Notes: generated by a model not told the origin, from the sequence alone. Positions 1-11,544 are shown, counted from the first letter of the whole stretch. The stretch is 63,123 nucleotides of DNA, filler included, from Hyphochytrium catenoides (GCA_900088475.1; 11 parts of 11 records of this genome joined end to end with filler, not necessarily neighbours in it); one strand, 5' to 3'. Numbers and translations: made by a program.

Positions 1-322
1 AGAGGGAGAGAGAGAGAGAGAAGACCACGTGATATGAGCTCATAGAAGCAGGAAACGACAAAGAGAGAGAAGAAACGAAGAGAAGAAGCAGAATTACGCA
101 AGGATAACCAAGATTGCAAAGGAGAGAGAGAGCGAGAGAGAAAAAGAGAGAGAAAAAAGAGGATGAGCGGGAAGACCTTCTAATCATCAAGACGTCACTT
201 AGGAGTAGGACAAAGAATCCATGCAAAGAGAAAAGAGCTGGCGAGAAAAGAAAGAAGGAAAGACGGTGAGGAAAGACTCGAAGAAGGAGAAGAGACTGCG
301 TCTTATATTCTTGGTCCCTTAC

Positions 323-367
323 CCTCAGCGTTGCCATGGCTGAACAGGATGCAGACATCCGACCTAA

Positions 368-406
<39 letters not shown>

Positions 407-656
407 GAGAGAGAGAGTTAGCTCGGGAGAGATAGTTTGGGAGTGAGGAGATGCTGAGGGAAGAGAACGATAAGCCAAAGAAAGGAACAACGAAAGAGAG
501 AGAGTTAAAGAGATAAAGAGAGAGAGAAATGGAGAGATTAACAGAGAGAGATAAAGATCATGGAGAAATTCACTGGATGGCTGAAGAAGAAAGGATAGAA
601 GCTATGTACATAGCGGGCAACGGAGAACCTGGAGCAGACGCCAGAGAAGGAGAAAG

Positions 657-705
<49 letters not shown>

Positions 706-1098
706 GGGAAAGAAAGACAGACAGAGAGAGAGAGAGAAAGGTACAGAAATAGATGAAAGAAAAGGAGAAATGGGACGGCTTTGAGGAAGCGAAAAGATTT
801 ATCTGTGCAGCGCAATAAAATCAAGACAAGAGAGAGAGAGACAGAGAGCACACCAATGAGAAAGGAGAGAATGATGGAGGTGGGAGAAACCTGTAGAGGG
901 AGAGACAGAGAGAGAGAGGGCTCTAGGAGAGAAGAGAGAGAGAGAGCCGGGAAAGAGGCAGATGGCATACTTTCTATCCACATAGAAGGCGGGGATTGTC
1001 TCCCCAGGGCCCACCTGCAGATGCACGATAGGCTGATCGGAAGGGAGAGGCGTGGGAGGAGGAGGTTGGAAGACTAGAGCGGAGAGATACGCACCCAT
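323..1098 (-). CDS. ABHD17: ABHD17-like alpha/beta hydrolase (depalmitoylase family), first two exons; 3' part lies outside the window
   Basis: Exon 1 (1098-971) encodes MGAYLSALVFQPPPPTPLPSDQPIVHLQVGPGETIPAFYVDR and ends at a GT donor. Exon 2 (363-323) lies between AG and GTAAG and joins in phase to give KSDVCILFSHGNAE, matching the ABHD17 family FxPP...LFSHGNAED motifs. Confidence 0.8.
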
Positions 1099-1104
1099 AG
1101 AGGC

Positions 1105-1157
<53 letters not shown>

Positions 1158-1891
1158 CAGTTACTCGGAGGAGACGGCGCGCACGCACAGAGGAGAAAGT
1201 GAAGAGAGACGGAAAAGTAGAAAGGGTAAGAGACACGAGGAAGATGAAGATATCGAGAGGAGAGAGACGCTTGTCAGTGCATCAAGGAGAAGAAGAGAAG
1301 GGAGAGACTTAAGCTAGCAGGCTATCTTTCTCTGCCCCCACGCTTATAATTGAAATGCCTTTAGGTCCGGGCAGTCTTGGACCTGATAGCAAGAAATATG
1401 AAGCAATATGGAGAGAGAGAGAGTAGAGAGAGAGAGAGAGAGAGAGTGGAGAAGGGCCGGGGAAGCGAGAGAGAGAGAGAGAGAGAGAGAGTGTAAGAGA
1501 AGAGAGAGCACAAGAGAGAGAGAGAGAGAGCTAGAAAGAGAGAGAGAGAGAAAGAGGGAGAGTATCAGAGGAGCTCCTCTTGAGCTCTTCTCTTGATCTC
1601 TCTCTTGATCTCTCTTTCTCCCTCTCTCACTCTCCTGGGTGCCCTAAGATTATCGTAATACTAACACTAAACTTATTACTAAGATTAAGCCCAAGTGATG
1701 CTCATCTTGAGCTACTGTCGTTTATTGCCCTAACTATTGCATGGAATACCGGAACCTATGAAGAAGATCGGAATCCAGAAGTTTTCGCTATTCTTACATA
1801 ATAGAGGTCGTCTCCTGTCGCTCACTTCCTCAGATTCTCTTCTCTCCTGCTCCTCATTCCTTCTGGGCCTTCGTCATCACTGTTGGTCGTC

Positions 1892-1936
<45 letters not shown>

Positions 1937-1989
1937 NNNNNNNNNNNNNNNNNNNNNNNNNNNNNNNNNNCTCTCTCTCTCTCTCTCTC

Positions 1990-2022
<33 letters not shown>

Positions 2023-2053
2023 GCCTCTCTCTTTCTCGCTCTCTCTCTCATCT

Positions 2054-3467
2054 CTATTCTGACGGTGCTGCTGAAGGCGGGAGTTGAATCTCAGGATGCA
2101 GACGGAGACATCTGTTGAAAGGGTCCAACAGCATCTTCAGGACTTCTCTCTCCGCAGCGATCAACAGTTCCTCGATCGTCTCTAGCTGAGCTGCTGACTT
2201 CTCCTCTTTCTCATCCTCCTGACCGCCTGCTGCTGCTCCCTTCTCTGGATGGATGCCTGCAGACTTAACGACAGTGATCATCCGTGGACCAGGAGGACCA
2301 GCGTGGAGTGCGGAGGAGAAAGAAGAAGAGAGAGGAAGCTTGGCCTGAGAAGAAGACGAGGGGGAAGAGTAGAAGAGCGTCTTCTTTCTCCTGTGAAGCA
2401 GAGCCGATATCTTGGCAATGAGCTGATCTCTCAGTCTCATCGGAAGATTCAGTTGGTTGAGACCGCCAATCTGCAGAAATTCATGAATAAACTGCTCCAG
2501 CGTCTGCACCTTCGTCTGCAGATTATTGCAGTCTTTATACTCCTGCAGCGCCTCCAGAAAGAGAATATTTTCCACGCAGAACTCTTTGACGCTATATTCT
2601 TTGAAGATTTTTCTTGTCACTGCGTTGTCGAGGATGCTCCGTAGCTCTCCTGCTGTTGCTATCTTTCTTATCTTTATCACTTTCCTCTCTTCTTCTTCTT
2701 CTTCGTCATCTTCCTCTTCTTCTTTCTGGTTGTTAGCAGCAGCAGCGCCAGCGGCGTTGGCAGCTAGCAGAGCATCACGGAGATACATCGTGCCGCCTCT
2801 TTTCAGTAGATATCCTAAGGAAGAGAGCCTCGTCCTTCTCCTGGCGCCTGGCGGACCATCTCTAGCCCTGGTGCGTCTCTCCTCCTGTTGTTCGGCTGAA
2901 TAACGGAGAGACTGCTGCCAGGGAAAGTATCCAAAGTAATAGAGACTGGAACCGAAGGCCAGGAGCCAGCCTGTCACCTCTACCACGCGCGTCACTTGCA
3001 GCGTCTCAGGAGAGAAATGTTGGCCGATGAGAAAGTGGAACATTCGCCAAGGAATGGCGGCGATGGCGTACACAGCCGCGACCTTTGCGCAGTTCTTTGT
3101 CAGTTGGAACTCTTCGCGGATGCTCCGCAGTGCCCAGCCAAGGTAGAGAGCCACCAGGGTGAGAAAGAGCATCAGACCGATAGTGTAGAGTTTCTGAGGA
3201 GAGGGAAGGGCCAAGATGACACAACGCGGTGGAGAGAGGACACCGAACAGAGACAGGAGAGGGATAGTAGAGCGAAGATAAAGAGGGAGAGAGTGAGGGA
3301 AGAGAGAGGGAGAGAGAGAGACTCGTCAGAATCAAAACCTTTTGAAGGATACGGAAGATGCACGAGACGAAGAAAACCGTAACAAGCCTCCCACTGTCGA
3401 AGAACGGAAAGGTCATAAAAGGAGGAGCATACCATGCTTGCTGCCATAGTTTCCTCTGGTATAAGAG

Positions 3468-3498
<31 letters not shown>

Positions 3499-3637
3499 TC
3501 CCTCTCGATTTGCCTTTTCGTTGTTCCTTCTCTCTCTCCTGCTTCTATCTTCCTTTCTCTTTGATTCATCTTCTCTCCTTCTCTCTTTTCTCTCGCTCCA
3601 CTGGCCACCTTCCTCTACTACTATTTTCTCAGCTACC
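2054..3637 (-). CDS. Multi-pass membrane protein with C-terminal RGS domain (TM-RGS / 7TM-RGS-like), 5' truncated
   Basis: ORF 2054-3214 has three hydrophobic helices followed by an RGS box (LRSILDNAVTRKIFKEYSVKEFCVENILFLEALQEYK...FIHEFLQIGGLNQLNLPMRLRDQL). A further exon at about 3340-3637 with a hydrophobic segment is separated by a CT-rich intron. Confidence 0.8.
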
Positions 3638-3737
3638 NNNNNNNNNNNNNNNNNNNNNNNNNNNNNNNNNNNNNNNNNNNNTTAATTAATTAANNNNNNN
3701 NNNNNNNNNNNNNNNNNNNNNNNNNNNNNNNNNNNNN
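3638..3737. other. Artificial contig-joining linker (N-run / TTAATTAATTAA / N-run); first of ten
   Basis: The same 100-nt linker with six-frame stops occurs at 3638, 10775, 23664, 27762, 43083, 44209, 46066, 48228, 56275 and 61835. Genes are truncated at these points. Confidence 0.97.
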
Positions 3738-4186
3738 TGCGAATAATAGTCTCTAAAAGATGCTCTAATCCAAGAATAACGGAGGACTATGGTCTAATCC
3801 TGCTTGAGCAAGTAAAGTACGGTGTACTCGTACAATTAATCCTGCCGGTCAAGGCTGGATTACCCCTATCTGAAAGGGCGAGCCCTCTCTGGCTTGCCTG
3901 CTGTATTGATAAGGGATAAATGTTCGTCTATCGTGCTGTATTCTGGAATGCCCCAATTATAAAGCGTCGAAACCTTACAAATTCCCCATAGTACATTTGT
4001 TAGAAAGTCGACCTTCACAATTGTGATCACAAATTTCTCCCCCCCTTGGGTGTCGATTTGTAACAAAACCAGTTTGGCCGACTTTTAAAAAAATGCCCGG
4101 TATTAGTCAAAAAGGTGCTTAATGATTTTATTCCTACAGGTGGTGCCGCTTTTTATTCAGCGTAGCGATTACCGTGCACCTCTTCT

Positions 4187-4401
4187 ATGTCCCCGTTCAT
4201 ATCTATGGCTTATGGTCAGTACCCCGGAATTCCTTCAAGACTGACTGTTCTAGACAGGTATATCTCTATGACTGAATATCTTAGACTTTATTCGGAATAG
4301 TTGGCATAGTCAGAATAACTCTAGGTTTTAGGACCCCATTTGGGCTTATAAGTAGAGCACTGTCATATGACATTGTCCAACTATCCCATACAAATCTAAC
4401 A
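4187..4401 (+). mobile_element. 5'-truncated copia LTR, family A
   Basis: Aligns by eye to the LTR at 56919-57208 plus 60456-60489 (atatctatggcttatggtcagtaccccggaat...gggcttataagtagagcact...atcccatacaaatctaaca). Confidence 0.85.
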
Positions 4402-4484
4402 CTGATTGCCAGTGAGAAAGGTAAGGAGCTGGTAGACTAGAAACAAGTGGCTACTGGTCTAATTATGGGAACTGAAGACGCTCT

Positions 4485-4807
4485 TGTTTAGGTTAGGCGG
4501 TCTACTCATATCGTCAACTGGCAAGCTTAGCTACCAAAGTTCCAGCTCCAAACTCCCAGTAGAGGCCGAGATATGAAGCAAACGAAATGGCCCTGTTTAT
4601 ATCTATGGCTTATGCTCAGTACCCCCTGACTACCTTCAGGACCTGACTCTTCTTGAGAGGGTATCTCTAAAACTGAAGAGTATCTTAGAGTTCATCAGAT
4701 ATTGTTGGCTTAGTCAGAACAACTCTAGATTTTGGGACCCCAGCTGGGCTATAAGTAGAGTACTCCCATCTAATGACATTGTCCAATCATTCCATACAAA
4801 TCCAACA
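4485..4807 (+). mobile_element. Full-length diverged copia LTR, family A
   Basis: TG...CA ends, 323 bp against 324 bp for the reconstructed LTR at 56919. Shares ctggcaagctta...gagatatgaagcaaacgaaatg...catctaatgacattgtccaatc...catacaaatccaaca. No matching 5-bp TSD seen. Confidence 0.85.
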
Positions 4808-5198
4808 TTCATTAGACCTTGTCAGAAGGAAAGAAGTGGCCGCGTTCGCTGCCGCAGCAGTGATCCGTAAGTTCGTCATCCGTCATGTTTTACGATGCAG
4901 TTGACTTGAATCTGCCTCTGAAGTGACGGTAAATAAGTCTTTCCCAGGCAGCCGTCAGGGAAAGGGCCGACAAGTGCTCACAACTCCACTGGTTATTTTT
5001 CCTTACTCCAGTTCACAACAAGGCCCCATTTTTGTTGAAACACTTGTAAATATTTTCTGCGATTGAGGTTATGGTGGGAATACTGACAAATGACCAGTTT
5101 CAGGTCTACCGGGCCCCGTTGTCTATAGTATCAATGACTTTTCGCTAAAGAGGTGGATTGTCAGGACATGTGCCTTTCGTAGGAGATGGACCAACGAG

Positions 5199-5373
5199 TT
5201 GGAGTGATAGCCGGTAGTTTGCGATATTAAAACTCTAGCTGTAGAGTTTAATTAGCTATGGCAAGTGCTCATCAACTCTTCTTGTCCAGAGTTCTTCTTC
5301 TGGAGCTCCATAGCTAATTAAACTCTACCGCTAAAGTTTTTTTAATATCGCAAACTACCGGCTATCACTCCAA
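5199..5373. repeat. Long inverted repeat / MITE-like hairpin (arms about 63-66 bp, spacer about 46 bp)
   Basis: 5199-5261 (ttggagtgatagccggtagtttgcgatattaaaa...aattagctatgg) is the near-perfect reverse complement of 5308-5373. Confidence 0.85.
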
Positions 5374-7386
5374 GATCTTTCGTATGACTTTAGAGTCCGA
5401 GTAGTAATCATGCATAACACATGCAAGGTAGCAGCAGGGAGAATAGACAAGAACCCCTTTAGGACCGCAAAGCTGTTCGAGCCTTTCGTAGTTCTTTTTT
5501 GTTTTGGTGTCCTGCGAGAGTTCGCAATGCCGCCATCGGAACTTCTTCCAACCTGCAAAGTCTATTAACGCAGAAGACCAGGAGCACAGTTCGGTGTGGA
5601 AAAGCGTGCAAGAAGAAGAGAGAGCCCTCAACTATCACTGACTCCCAAGGCTACCCCTAACTTCTAGTATTTTTCTCGGCATGTGATTCTTCACAGCAGG
5701 TGCTGGCGGAGGTTCACGAAAGACGAGATGGCCGTGCGGCAGCAGAGACAGAACGTGACGGCGTAAGTTGGGCAGAAAGTCTATTAGCTCCTCACCCGAG
5801 ATTGTTCAGACTGAACCTTCGCCGGTCCCCTAGGCCATTCTGTTTGTTTCTAGTGTTCCTGCTTCCTAATAAACTCTATGGACTCATCGAAACCTTTACC
5901 AGCCATGCGTCAGACCGTTTCTTTGGCTTTCCTTGTGTTTGAGGAGAGAAACACAGCTGGAGATGGGCGGTCAGGAGGAAGGAAGGATGCGCCCAGGGAG
6001 AGCCAGGGAGGAGGAGCCAGAGAGGAGAGGCCAGACGGGAGCAGCAGCAGAAGCAGGGACTCCCTCTCCTAGGAGGACGAGGTGACGCTTCTCCCCCAAG
6101 CTTCCCAACAGTAGTGAGGCAGGAGAGAGCAGGAAGGCCGCGCTTTATCGACTTAGTGGGACACTCCTCCAAGGGAACCAACGACCGAAAGTCCTAGCTA
6201 CACGATCCTCTCTCACTCTCTTTCTCTGCCTGCTCCCTCTTTCTATTATGTCACAAAGGAGAGAGCAAACGCGTTCCTCCAGCTCCGTAGGTCAGAGCAC
6301 TGGGCCTAGCAAGCGCTAATTATTGGAGAGAAATCTCAGAGAGAGAGAGAGAATGGCTGCTCCGCGGCGAAGAAAAGAGAAGATTTCCTGCTTCTCCCTC
6401 TCCGCCCGTCACGATCGAGAAGAGGCGGCCACCCTCAGGGATGGCGGAGACGGGAGACGCTGCTGAATTTTTTACGAAGAGACACATTTTGAGCCAGTCT
6501 TTCCTCTTCTTTCTCTTCCTCGAGAAACCGCGGCGAGGTCGCCCACTGTCCAGCAGAAGACACGCCTCTCTGTCCTTGATAATCATTGGACCGGCGCCCA
6601 GTCTATTCAGCGGAGAGCTGAGAGACAATGCGCAATACCATCGAACCTTTATTAGTGTGCAGAGAGAGAGAGAGAAAGAGAGAAGAAAGAGCTAGCAGAC
6701 AGAGAGACAGAGTGAGAAGAGAAAGACGGAGTCAGCACAAAGAGAGTGAAAGAGAGAAAGAAAGAGCTAGCAGAGAGAGACAGAGAGAGAGAGAGAGCAG
6801 GAGAGGGAGAGAAGGACACATAGAGAGAAAGAAAGCAGCCAGTTTCAGTCGTAGGCAGTCAGCCCTCTCTCCTCTCTCTGTCCGCAAAGGATCAGGAAGA
6901 GAGAACAAAGAGAAGAACTGCCTTTTTCTCTCGTTTGTGCTTTCAGTTCTGTTACTTGTGGCGCGCTCTCCAGGGGCTGGGAAGGCAGCAGCGGAGAGTT
7001 ATTCAGCTTTTTAGTCATCTTTTATATCATAATATAGATAGATAGATAGAGAAAGAGAGAGAGAGACGGAGAGAAAGGTTACCGTCGTAGGCTAGGTCAT
7101 GGTTCTCTCTCTCTCTCTCTCTCTCTCTCTTCCCTTTGAGTATTCACTTCCCTCCTCCTTGTCCTTTCATTGTGCGATCTCTTCGGTTGTTTTGCTCTAT
7201 GGATCTCTCTCTCCCGTCTCTCCCTCTCTCTCTCTCTCTCTCTCTCGTTGCGTCTTTCGTTCTTCTCTTTGTCATTCCCGTCTATGTTGTTCTTTTCAGT
7301 TCTTTATATCCTTTGTCAACTTTCAAGTCTTCTGTCGTTTCCACTCTCTCTCTCTGTCTCTCCCTCTTTCTCCTATCTGTCACCTA

Positions 7387-10050
7387 CTAGCAGGCTGGAC
7401 CAAAGTCCAGAAGCGCCATGAGGAGGAGCGGATATCCATAGAAACCATAGAGAATCTGGACCACCGTCGCGGTCAGCATCAGTCTCTCTCTCTCCTCTCT
7501 CCACCGGGAGAGAAGAGAGAGATTCATTCTCTCCAGGACGAAGAGGAAAGAGAAGAGAACGAAAACTACCGCGCATAGTAGAATCATATACTGCTGGCCG
7601 AAGAGAGAAGAGACAGAAAAGAGAAACATCTCGCTTCCGTTTTCTCTCCCTCTTTCTCCCTCTCTCCTTCTTCTATAGCAGCGATCATTTGGGAGGAGAA
7701 AGGCAAAGAAGAGATCTCGGAAGAGAAGGAGGGAGAGAAGCGCCCCGCAGGAGGAAGAGGAGCTGATCAGGACTGACAGAGCGAGATGACGCCATAGAGT
7801 ACCAGAGAGAGAGGAGCGGAAGAGAGAGAGAGAAGAAGACACCGCCAGAGATGTCCTTCTCTTCTCCTTCTCTTCGTCTTTCTTGCCTTTTCTCTCTTTT
7901 TCCCTTGTTTCTCTTCCCTCTCTTGTCTCTTCTTTCTTAATAACTTCTTCTTCAATTTTGTTCTCCTCCGCGGAAGGTAGCAGTTTTCTTGCCTCTTTCT
8001 CTGTTCTGGCTTCTCTCTCCTGTTCCTCGTTCTCTTTCCCTCTCTCTTTCAGCCCCAGTGCTTTTCTTTCTATGGAAATTGTCTCTCTTGCTCCGCCTTC
8101 TTCTCCATCCTGAAGTCTCCCCTTGAGAGTGGGAGGAGAAAAACAGGAAGTAGGAGAGAGAGAGGAAGGTGAAGGAGGAGACAGAGGAGAGAGAACCCTT
8201 TTGTCTCTCTGTCTCTCTTCTAGACTTTCATTACCTTCTGTTAGAGGGCAAGGAAGGAGGTGAGGCGGTGATGGGAGAGAAGAGGAAGAATTTGCCTGTT
8301 CTCCTCTTCTCTCTCTTTCTCTTTTTGCCTCTCCGTGTCTCACTCCGGGAGCAGGGATGAAAAGAGGGAGAGAAGAGGGAGGATGTGCGTGCGTCTCTCT
8401 CTCTCCTTGTCTCCGCTTCTCACCTTCTTGTTCTTTGTCCCTTCTAGATACTCTTTCTCTCTCTTGTCTCTCCTTTCTCCTCTCTCTCCTGATGCTCCAG
8501 GAGAGAGCCACAATGTACCCGACGCAGGACGAGAGAGAAGAGAGAAGAACAATCTCTGTCATTCTCTCTCTCCCTTGGCTGAGGCTCGCGACCAGAGGGA
8601 CCAGGAGCTGAAAAAACTGGCTTTTTAAAAGAGTTGCGTCGAGGGAGGAGGGAGAGAGAGAGAAAGAGGACCGAGCAGGAGAGAGAGAGAGACTTCCAGG
8701 ACAGTGAGAGAGAGTCCCGGGAGAGAGAGAGACAGTCTCAGGGGGAGAGAGAGTGTCTCTGGAGCAGGAAAGAGTTTCTCCTCTTCCAGGGGAGAACGGA
8801 GAGACGGCAGAAGAGAGAGAGGAAGAAGCCAGCGTTGGTGGAGGAGAAGAAGAACGAAGCGGAGAGAGAGACGAAGAAGATGAGAAACGTCTCACAGGAG
8901 AGAGAGAGAAATTTTTAAGAGAAGAAGAAGAGATAGAAGCTGTTGGAGAAAGCCTGGGCATAGGAGAAAGAGCAGGGAGAGAGGGGGGAAGCGGGATGGG
9001 AGAAGGAGAGGGAGAGAGCACAAGCCGCCGGCAGATTCTCTCCATCACGAAAGAGACACAGACGAAGACAGTGGGAATGCCATAGGAAACCAAGAGTAAA
9101 GGAGAGAGAGACGACGAGGAGGGAGAGAGAGAAGAATCATCAGATGGAGAAGAAGAGGAGGAAGAAGAGGAGGAGGAGAGGGAAGACACCGGAGCTGCAA
9201 GATGAGGAAAGAGAAAGAGAATGCACGCAAAGGCAGAGAGAGAAGGGAGAAGATTGGCAGCTAGAAGAAGAACATATCTCTCTCTCCCTCTCTCTCTCCC
9301 TCTCCCAAACATTTCTCTGTCATAGAAGACGAAAGAGAAAAGCAGGAAATAGAGCCACTCTCCCAGCCACACTCTCTCTTCATAGAGCCCATAGACTTCC
9401 AGAGAATACTCAGCAATAGAGAGAGAAGTGAAGAAGAGAGAGAGAAGAGAGAGAGACTTCCATCTTCGAGAGAAAGAGAGAGGAAAAGTCTCATAGAAAA
9501 CATAGAGAATCGCAATGTTGGGCGTCGTGGCAGAGAAGAGAAGCTGGTACAGAGCTCCCCCAGCAGTGCAGTAGATCAGCTGGCAGCTGTAGGAGAGAGA
9601 GAAAGAGGAAGAGAGAGAAGAAGGAGAGGAAGAGGGCGAAGGAGAGAGAGAAAGAGAGAGAGAGGGAGAGAGTGGAGACGCATAATAAGCCTCTCCACAG
9701 GCTGAAGTCTGACAGAAGAGAGAGGAAGAAGGGAGAGGGAAACGGGAGAGGAGAAGAGCAAAGACAGAGAGAGAGAGAGAAGCGATAAAGAATCCGAGCA
9801 GCAGGAGCAGGAAGAAATCTATGGTAAAGCGGGCCCAGAGACCAAGAAGAGAGAGAGAAGACGGAGAGGGAGAGAAGAGGGAAGAAGAGAAGAAGACGAA
9901 GGTGTCCTTCTCTTCTGTTCTTGCTTCCGCCGGAGCAACACGGGAACGGCGGTGGAGGAAAGAGAAGAGGAGAGGACGAGATTGCGGGGGAGAACCATCA
10001 TCGTCTTTCTCTTTCTTCTTCTTTCTTTCCCTCTCTTCTGCTGAGGCCAT
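7387..10050 (-). CDS. Hypothetical 887-aa multi-pass membrane protein with large Ser/Pro-rich and Glu/Arg-rich low-complexity loops
   Basis: 2.66-kb uninterrupted ORF with several non-repetitive hydrophobic segments (e.g. GGALYQLLFSATTPNIAILYVFYETF; WLGEWLYFLLFSFVFYD; VVQILYGFYGYPLLLMALL). Simple-sequence composition lowers stop frequency, so ORF length alone is weak evidence. Confidence 0.45.
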   Translation of the reverse strand: MASAEERERKKKKEKDDDGSPPQSRPLLFSFLHRRSRVAPAEARTEEKDTFVFFSSSLFSPSPSSLSLLGLWARFTIDFFLLLLLGFFIASLSLSVFALLLSRFPLPSSSLFCQTSACGEAYYASPLSPSLSLSLSPSPSSSPSSLSSSFSLSYSCQLIYCTAGGALYQLLFSATTPNIAILYVFYETFPLSFSRRWKSLSLLSLFFTSLSIAEYSLEVYGLYEERVWLGEWLYFLLFSFVFYDREMFGRGRERGRERYVLLLAANLLPSLSAFACILFLFPHLAAPVSSLSSSSSSSSSSPSDDSSLSPSSSSLSPLLLVSYGIPTVFVCVSFVMERICRRLVLSPSPSPIPLPPSLPALSPMPRLSPTASISSSSLKNFSLSPVRRFSSSSSLSPLRSSSPPPTLASSSLSSAVSPFSPGRGETLSCSRDTLSPPETVSLSPGTLSHCPGSLSLSPARSSFSLSPSSLDATLLKSQFFQLLVPLVASLSQGRERMTEIVLLSSLSSCVGYIVALSWSIRRERRKERQERERVSRRDKEQEGEKRRQGERETHAHPPSSLPLFIPAPGVRHGEAKRERERRGEQANSSSSLPSPPHLLPCPLTEGNESLEERQRDKRVLSPLSPPSPSSLSPTSCFSPPTLKGRLQDGEEGGARETISIERKALGLKERGKENEEQEREARTEKEARKLLPSAEENKIEEEVIKKEETREGRETREKERKGKKDEEKEKRRTSLAVSSSLSLFRSSLSGTLWRHLALSVLISSSSSCGALLSLLLFRDLFFAFLLPNDRCYRRRREGERGRENGSEMFLFSVSSLFGQQYMILLCAVVFVLFSFLFVLERMNLSLLSRWREERERLMLTATVVQILYGFYGYPLLLMALLDFGPAC

Positions 10051-11179
10051 CAGACCTAATCGTCAGGCGACGCTGCTACCAGCCACCATTCTCTGCGTCT
10101 TCTTCATAGAAAAGAGAGAGAGAGAGCGAGAGCGAGAGAGAGAAAGAGAGAGGCCGAAACAAGGAGAGGGAGAAGTCAACTAGGTCTCTTTTGAGACAGC
10201 GGGAGAGAGAGGAACTGGATGACAAGAGAAGAAGCGAACGTATGCGGCAGCGACGAGAGGAGGGAGAGATCACAAGTGATCAGGCTAGGAGAGAGACAAA
10301 GAGAGAGAGAGAAGAGGAAGATAGGAAAGCCGATGAAGAAAGACAAAGACGAGAAGAGAAAGAAAGAGAGAGAGAGACATCAACAGATGGGACAGTTTTT
10401 GCCTATGCAGAGGGAGAGAGCGGCGTCTCACGTCAGGTTGTTGGTAGTGCAGGCAATTTTGAGGACAGACAAAGAGAAAGCGATTGGTGGAAGAGCAAAG
10501 GGTGAAGAAAGAGACCTCTTAGTTCTCCTCTCTTCGCGGCATGGTTTTTCTTGCGCTCTGCTCTCCTTCCGTGCGCTGTTCTCCTCCTCTCTCTCTATTT
10601 CTGTGTCTTTGTCTCTCTCCTGGTCCTTCTCTTCCTCTCTTTCTCTTCACTCTCTTCTTTTTCTTCTCTCTCCTCCTCTCCCCTCTTGTCTCGTCATCAA
10701 TCAACCAGCTGCTGGGAGGAAAGGGCGAGATGAGGAGGGAAATGTAACGGACCGACAGAGAGAGAGAGAGAGAGNNNNNNNNNNNNNNNNNNNNNNNNNN
10801 NNNNNNNNNNNNNNNNNNTTAATTAATTAANNNNNNNNNNNNNNNNNNNNNNNNNNNNNNNNNNNNNNNNNNNNAGAAAGGTGTGAATGGGAAGGGGTGT
10901 GCAAGGTAGACCAGAAGACGAAACTAGTAGAGCGAAGACAAGGGTTGGAGGAGATAGTCAAACGAACACTACGTTTGTCTTTCGTCACCTAATATAGATA
11001 ACAGCAGGGCAGCAGTGGCACATTAGGGTCCATCACTTAATGCTCTTGTCAAGGGGAGTGCTCTTGGGCTTCTGGGAATTAGTCAGTAAGAAGGGTAAGA
11101 GCGAAAGAGTGTTTGTTTGTGACAGGGAGAGACTGAGGCTGCTGAGATGAGGTTGAGAAAGAGTGTGAAAGGAGAGGGA

Positions 11180-11385
11180 GAGTGGGCTCAGAGAGAGAGA
11201 GAGAGAGAAGCGCAGTGGTGGAGGAGAGATGAGTGCAACTGCAGCCAGAAAGAGAGAGACAGAGAGAGAGAGAGAGAGAATGAGAGAGAGAGACGGAGAG
11301 AGAGAGAGAGAGAGAATGAGAGAGAGAGACGGAGAGAGAGAGAGAGAAAGAGAAGAGAAGAGAGAGAGGAAGAGAGAGGAGAAGC
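11180..11385. repeat. (AG)n/(CT)n microsatellite tract, representative of many across the window
   Basis: Long AG dinucleotide runs here and at about 1-2050, 27390-27480, 43800-45990 and 48330-56270. Confidence 0.95.
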
Positions 11386-11544
11386 AAGGCTAGGGAAGGG
11401 GATGGAAAGGAGGATGACCTGTGTCCAGGTGATGGGACCAAAAGAAGACGACAAAAATAGCCTTCACCATCTCAGTAACGACCTCATTTGAGGTCACGTC
11501 TTACCTACATATTACCTCAGGTGAGCGGAATGCACAAGCAATAT

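Noticed and set aside
529-2087. Numerous RERERE / LSLSLS ORFs here and at 43-56 kb
   Set aside because: They are translations of (AG)n/(CT)n microsatellite in introns and intergenic DNA, where stop codons are compositionally rare.
3682-3693. Recurrent TTAATTAATTAA palindrome as a biological repeat
   Set aside because: Always centred in a 100-nt N spacer; it is an artificial six-frame-stop contig linker.
3738-4180. Possible viral or TE coding remnant in AT-rich DNA
   Set aside because: Short, stop-interrupted frames with no motif I could assign.
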